From a cyanobacterium endosymbiont of Braarudosphaera bigelowii (GTDB lineage Bacteria; Cyanobacteriota; Cyanobacteriia; Cyanobacteriales; Microcystaceae), in assembly GCF_020885515.1 (NCBI RefSeq), contig NZ_AP024987.1, positions 510,001-542,000 of the forward strand: a DNA stretch of 32,000 nt, read 5' to 3'. Positions 27,537 to 32,000 of this stretch are shown here, one piece after another. Within the stretch, counting starts at the first letter, position 1. Each line of letters begins with the position of its first letter. The position numbers were made by a program, and so were the translations under genes. The notes under the pieces are model-generated. The model was not told the origin of the DNA. It made no database searches and saw nothing but the letters and a program-made list of their open reading frames with translations.

Positions 27537-29561
27537 ATGCTGTTTTATGAACCCCTTTATCAAAAGTATCGCCCTCAAACTTTTAGTGACCTAGTAGGAC
27601 AAGAGCCAATTGTCATAACTCTAAGTAATGCTGTTAAAACTCAGCGGATATCTCATGCTTACCTATTTACAGGTCCTCGAGGAACAGGCAAGACATCTAG
27701 TGCCAGGATTTTGGCAAAATCTATTAATTGTTTAAAATCAGATGTTCCTAGTGTATCTCCTTGTGGAAGTTGTGAAGCATGTAGAACTATAGTTAAAGGC
27801 TCTTCATTGGATGTTATAGAAATTGATGCAGCAAGTAATACAGGAATTGATAATATCCGTGAAATTATTGAGCAAGCAAAATTTGCTCCTATACAACTTC
27901 GGTATAAAGTATATATTATTGACGAGTGTCATATGCTTAGCATAGCCGCATTTAATGCTCTGCTAAAGATATTAGAAGAACCTCCACAAAGAGTAATTTT
28001 TATATTGGCAACTACTGATCCTCAAAGGGTTTTACCTACAGTCATTTCTCGTTGCCAACGTTTTGATTATCGCCGTATTTCAAATCAATCAATAGTTCAG
28101 CATTTAGATAAGATTGCGAATAAAGAAAATATTAATATTGAATTAGATGCACTAATGCTTATCGCACAAATATCTAATGGTGGATTGAGAGACGCCGAAA
28201 GTTTATTAGATCAATTAAGTCTATTTCCAGAAAAAATTAATGCTGAAAAAGTAAGCGATTTAGTAGGCTTAATTTCTGAAAAAGATTTATTATCACTATT
28301 ACAAGCAATTCGTTCCAATAATTCAAAACTTATCATTGAATTATGTAGAAAATTAGTAAATAAAGGCAAAGAGCCATTAACAATATTACAAAACATTGCA
28401 AAATTTTATTTAAATTTGCTTATTGCTAAAGTATCGTCTGAATGTCCTGACTTAACAGTCATAAGTACAAAAAATTGGGAAGAACTATGTATAGAAGCAG
28501 AATATTGGGAAACTAATAGAATTCTAAAAAATCAACAAAAATTGAGAGATAGCGAAGTCCAGTTAAAGAATACGACTCAACCTTATCTATGGATAGAAAT
28601 TATCCTATTGGATTTATTACAAGAACCAAAAGAATTTTCAATAGACAGTAAGCTTTGTAGTACAGCTACTGGAGATGATAATAGTGAGAAATCAAAAGTT
28701 AATAACTCTAATATAGAAAGTGAAGCTACCTCTAATATAGAAAATGTGTTTGAAAGTATCAATGATAATCCAAGCACTTCAATTAATGATATTAATTTAG
28801 AAGAAATATGGAGTTCAATAGTAAAAAAACTTCCACCATTTTTAGCAGGATTAATTAAAGAGCACGGGTGTCTTCTTAACTGTGAGGGAAGAACTGCAAC
28901 TGTTGGTATGTCTACTTCCCCATTACTTGAGTTAGCAAAAGGTAAGCTTTCTCAAATTGAATTAGCTTTCCAAGAGGTTATGGGTCATCAAATTAATGTG
29001 ACCTTCAGAGTAGAAGCAAAGCCAAAATCTAGCCAAAATCTACCATGTGAATTAAATTCAAATATTCCTAACGATAATCTAAATAATCTAGAGAAAAATA
29101 TAATTCCAAATCAAAAAATAAATAACTCAGAAATAGTTTTAAATAAAAATCAAGAATTTCCTCATAGCCCAGAAATAAATGTTTCTTTCGAAGTATTAGA
29201 TAAGCCATTTAAAGTTCCTCATTTAATAGAACAATCTGATAACGAGATTGCACAAATAGCGAAACGAATAGCCACATTCTTCAAAGGAGAGATTATATAT
29301 GATAATAAAAGCGTAAATAACAATGATACTAGTAGGGGTTCATATATCCCAGATAACGAAAAAGAAAAAATAGCCACAAAGGTATATCAAGACTGTCAAA
29401 TTAAAGAAGAAAAAAGATATGATAATGACCAACAGAAACAATTTATCTTAAATGAGGCCAATAATAATAAAGTAGACAATAAAAAATTGTCACAAAAAAT
29501 TTTAGAAAAAAAGATTAAGGGAAGACCAGTAATAACAACAGAAGAAGATCTAGATTTTTAA
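27537..29561 (+). CDS. dnaX: DNA polymerase III subunit tau (gamma/tau, DnaX)
   Basis: 674 aa with YRPQTFSDLVGQE, Walker A GPRGTGKTS, the zinc module CGSCEAC, DECHML, the sensor motif SRCQRF and GGLRDAESLLDQ. The linker and tail are Asn/Lys/Ile-rich and low in complexity. Confidence 0.92.
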   Translation: MLFYEPLYQKYRPQTFSDLVGQEPIVITLSNAVKTQRISHAYLFTGPRGTGKTSSARILAKSINCLKSDVPSVSPCGSCEACRTIVKGSSLDVIEIDAASNTGIDNIREIIEQAKFAPIQLRYKVYIIDECHMLSIAAFNALLKILEEPPQRVIFILATTDPQRVLPTVISRCQRFDYRRISNQSIVQHLDKIANKENINIELDALMLIAQISNGGLRDAESLLDQLSLFPEKINAEKVSDLVGLISEKDLLSLLQAIRSNNSKLIIELCRKLVNKGKEPLTILQNIAKFYLNLLIAKVSSECPDLTVISTKNWEELCIEAEYWETNRILKNQQKLRDSEVQLKNTTQPYLWIEIILLDLLQEPKEFSIDSKLCSTATGDDNSEKSKVNNSNIESEATSNIENVFESINDNPSTSINDINLEEIWSSIVKKLPPFLAGLIKEHGCLLNCEGRTATVGMSTSPLLELAKGKLSQIELAFQEVMGHQINVTFRVEAKPKSSQNLPCELNSNIPNDNLNNLEKNIIPNQKINNSEIVLNKNQEFPHSPEINVSFEVLDKPFKVPHLIEQSDNEIAQIAKRIATFFKGEIIYDNKSVNNNDTSRGSYIPDNEKEKIATKVYQDCQIKEEKRYDNDQQKQFILNEANNNKVDNKKLSQKILEKKIKGRPVITTEEDLDF

Positions 29562-29958
29562 ATAAAATTATTACTTATATATTAACAATTCTTAAATTTA
29601 TTTCTGAAGAAATTAAATACATTTTTAATTAGTTACAAAATAATAATAGAGATTTTAATAACAACAGGCATAGTAATTGTATTGTTGTTTTATTATTTAA
29701 AATTAATTTTGCTTCAACATCAAATGATGACTTAACGTTAACGAAAATCATTATTTAGTTTAGATTTTAATTCAAAATATTTACTTTTGGTTTAAGTCAC
29801 AAGGATATTAAAACAACACTATAAGTTTCTGATTATGAAATTAAAGAAACATAATTGAAAAAATCAATTATAATAGTATTTTCTTAAAAATAATTTGCTA
29901 GAGTAATTATCGAGCAAATTAACAGACTATTACATAAATCAACCGAAATTAATGTTTT

Positions 29959-31089
29959 ATGCCAGGTGACTACTACAAAATTCTTGGAGTTGACCGTAAC
30001 GCCAATAAAGAAGATTTAAAACAAGCTTATCGACGTCTTGCTCGAAAATATCATCCTGATGTCAATAAAGAGGCAGGAGCTGAAGAACGATTCAAAGAGA
30101 TTAACCGCGCATACGAGGTATTATCTGAACCTGATACACGAAACCGTTATGATCAGTTTGGGGAAGCTGGAGTTAATGGTGCAAGTGGTTTTAATCAAGG
30201 TGATATGGGAGATATGGGTGGCTTTGCCGATATCTTTGAAACTATTTTCAGCGGATTTGGAGGTGGAACTAGTACAACAGGGACACGTCGTCGTAATGAG
30301 CCAGCGAAAGGAGACGATTTACGTCTTGATCTCAAATTAAACTTTCGTGAAGCAATATTTGGAGGAGAAAAAGAAATTCGTATTCCCCACCTTGAAACAT
30401 GTACGATATGTCAAGGTAGTGGTGCCAAACCAGGAACAAAAAGAAAAACCTGTCCAACTTGTGATGGTCAAGGGCAAGTACGTCGCTCAACCCGTACTCC
30501 ATTTGGAAGTTTTGCTCAAGTCTCCACCTGTCCAACCTGTAACGGTGAAGGAGAAATTATTGAAGAAAAATGTGAGGTCTGTGGTGGTGCTGGACGTAGA
30601 CAAGTGACTGAAAAAGTAAAAATCACGATCCCAGCTGGAGTAGGAGATGGAACCCGTCTCAGAGTATCGCGTAAAGGAGATGCTGGATTAAGAGGAGGGG
30701 TAGCAGGAGATCTTTACGTATACTTATACGTTGAACCTGACAAAGTTTTTACTCGAGAAAAGATGAATATCCTTTCAGAGATTAAGGTTAGTTATCTGCA
30801 AGCCATTCTCGGATGCACTGTCTCAATTGATACAGTAGATGGGAAAAAAGACTTGCCCATTCCCCCTGGTACACAGCCTAAAACAGTCTTAACTCTAGAT
30901 AGTTTGGGTGTTCCTAAATTAGGAAATGATGCCATTCGTGGTGATCACTTGATTACAGTTAATGTAGATATTCCTACTAGAATTAATTCTGAAGAAAGAG
31001 AGCTTTTAGAAAAGCTGGCTGTAATTAAAGGTCAGACTCATGGCAAAGGTGGAATAGAAGGATTTTTAGGGAGTTTGTTTAACAAATGA
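29959..31089 (+). CDS. dnaJ: Molecular chaperone DnaJ (type I Hsp40)
   Basis: J domain with HPD ([13 protein letters not shown]), a Gly/Phe-rich region and four CxxCxGxG zinc-finger repeats ([32 protein letters not shown]). Confidence 0.97.
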   Translation: MPGDYYKILGVDRNANKEDLKQAYRRLARKYHPDVNKEAGAEERFKEINRAYEVLSEPDTRNRYDQFGEAGVNGASGFNQGDMGDMGGFADIFETIFSGFGGGTSTTGTRRRNEPAKGDDLRLDLKLNFREAIFGGEKEIRIPHLETCTICQGSGAKPGTKRKTCPTCDGQGQVRRSTRTPFGSFAQVSTCPTCNGEGEIIEEKCEVCGGAGRRQVTEKVKITIPAGVGDGTRLRVSRKGDAGLRGGVAGDLYVYLYVEPDKVFTREKMNILSEIKVSYLQAILGCTVSIDTVDGKKDLPIPPGTQPKTVLTLDSLGVPKLGNDAIRGDHLITVNVDIPTRINSEERELLEKLAVIKGQTHGKGGIEGFLGSLFNK

Positions 31090-31325
31090 ACTCTTTAAGC
31101 TCAGATGCACTTCTTTTAGATTTGCGCGGAGTCTCTTGTCCTCTAAACTTTATTCGCATTAAATTAAAGTTAGAGAATATTCTTTCTGGATCTATTTTAG
31201 AAGTTTGGTTAGATCCTGGTGAGCCGATGGAACAAGTTCCTGAAAGTTTAACAATGGAAGGTTACCAAATAGAATCCATAAGCGATCATCACGAATTTTT
31301 TTCTATTAAAATTCGTTGTTCTTAA
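31086..31325 (+). CDS. TusA/SirA-family sulfurtransferase-like protein
   Basis: 79 aa. [19 protein letters not shown] matches the TusA active-site Cys context. Its start overlaps the dnaJ stop (ATGA). Confidence 0.75.
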   Translation: MNSLSSDALLLDLRGVSCPLNFIRIKLKLENILSGSILEVWLDPGEPMEQVPESLTMEGYQIESISDHHEFFSIKIRCS

Positions 31326-31395
31326 TAGAAAAAGATGGGAATCTACTAATATAAGTAATTACTTTCATTGTATTTTATTATGAATTTTGTTTATT

Positions 31396-32000
31396 GTGTA
31401 TGATATAAACTCAACACATGATTGTTTGCCTACCACTGTTCCAAATAATTTTGGAACAGTGGTAGCGATCCAGGCTAATTTTTATCGAGTTCATCTAGAT
31501 AAAAATTATGGAGATGAGAATTCTTACTCTATTCCATACTTACTTTGTACTCGGCGTAGTCGTCTTAAAAAGATTGGACAAAACGTCATGGTAGGAGATC
31601 GTGTAACAATAGTAAAATCTAATCATGAAGATTCTCGAGGATCAATTGTTTCTATCTTACCTCGCAAAACAGAATTATCTCGTCCTCAAGTAGCTAACGC
31701 AGATCAAATACTTTTACTTTTCCCTTTTAAAGAACCTGAGTTAGAACCTTGGCAATTGAGCCGCTTTCTTGTCAAAGCAGAATCAACATTAATTCCATTG
31801 GTCTTGTGTTTTAATAAAGTCGACTTACTTGAAACTGAAGAGCAGACAAGATGGAAAATGAGACTAGATGAGTGGGGATATAGTCCACTTTTAATAAGTA
31901 CTTTTACTATTCAAGGATTTCAACAACTCTCCGATTGTCTACAAAATAAATTTACAATTTTAGCTGGTCCATCTGGGGCTGGCAAATCTAGCTTAATTAA
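31396..32000 (+). CDS. rsgA: Ribosome small-subunit-dependent GTPase A (RsgA/YjeQ), N-terminal part; runs off the window end
   Basis: Not in the ORF track because it is open-ended. My translation from GTG 31396 (or TTG 31387) gives ...GTVVAIQANFYRVHLD...LLCTRRSRLKKIGQNVMVGDRV (OB fold), ANADQILLLF, NKVDLL (G4) and GPSGAGKSSLI (G1). This is the circularly permuted GTPase order typical of RsgA. Confidence 0.88.
   Translation, partial: MYDINSTHDCLPTTVPNNFGTVVAIQANFYRVHLDKNYGDENSYSIPYLLCTRRSRLKKIGQNVMVGDRVTIVKSNHEDSRGSIVSILPRKTELSRPQVANADQILLLFPFKEPELEPWQLSRFLVKAESTLIPLVLCFNKVDLLETEEQTRWKMRLDEWGYSPLLISTFTIQGFQQLSDCLQNKFTILAGPSGAGKSSLI

Noticed and set aside
29505-29513. Exact E. coli-type dnaX heptamer A_AAA_AAG, in register (GAA AAA AAG, codons 657-659)
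   Set aside because: It lies only about 15 codons before the natural stop. A -1 shift would trim a few residues of a low-complexity tail, so it cannot generate a gamma-like product. It is most likely a by-product of A-richness.
30038-30607. Three alternative-frame ORFs inside dnaJ (30038-30340 +, 30347-30607 +, 30332-30535 -)
   Set aside because: They lie wholly within the strongly supported dnaJ reading frame, in its GC-richer part where stops are rarer in other frames. They have no independent features.

Overview
The window is a visibly AT-rich cyanobacterial chromosome segment (roughly 30% G+C by eye, not computed). It is dominated by conserved housekeeping genes. Long A/T-only spacers and Asn/Lys/Ile-rich protein tails suggest a strongly AT-biased, possibly genome-reduced lineage; the sequence alone does not identify the organism.

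Gene content, left to right:
- Proximal part of the ATP synthase atp1 operon on the minus strand: protein I, a, c, b', b, and the start of delta.
- A 1.2-kb non-coding spacer.
- A cyAbrB-type regulator, a CPBP/CAAX intramembrane protease and a YkuE-like metallophosphoesterase.
- pcrA/uvrD helicase, an unannotated Yfr1-type sRNA and trxA.
- A dihydroorotase-like gene with degenerate metal ligands.
- An orphan secreted glycine-rich, collagen-like protein.
- An AspC-type aminotransferase.
- An ndhF-ndhD pair of the CO2-uptake (F3/F4, D3/D4) type.
- trhO-cbiD and tRNA-Ala(UGC).
- A long-form ribBA, a Tat-signal metallophosphoesterase, a periplasmic TPR-like protein and ribH.
- Two conserved cyanobacterial hypotheticals (DUF1995-like and DUF3386-like, recognised from memory).
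- dnaX, then dnaJ, a tusA-like gene and the start of rsgA.

I found no transposases, integrases, CRISPR arrays, HIP1 palindromes, toxin-antitoxin pairs or defence-type gene clusters, and no convincing multi-gene novel system.

The items most worth a second look:
- the Yfr1 transcription unit, which is hidden under two spurious ORFs;
- the orphan secreted Gly-rich/Cys-containing protein, isolated between AT-rich spacers;
- the apparently non-catalytic PyrC-like protein;
- the ndhF/ndhD pair with no adjacent cup gene;
- the uncharacterised C-terminal tail of RibBA;
- a speculative gamma/tau-type slippery site in dnaX;
- the empty 1.2-kb spacer, which contains a perfect 45-nt palindrome.
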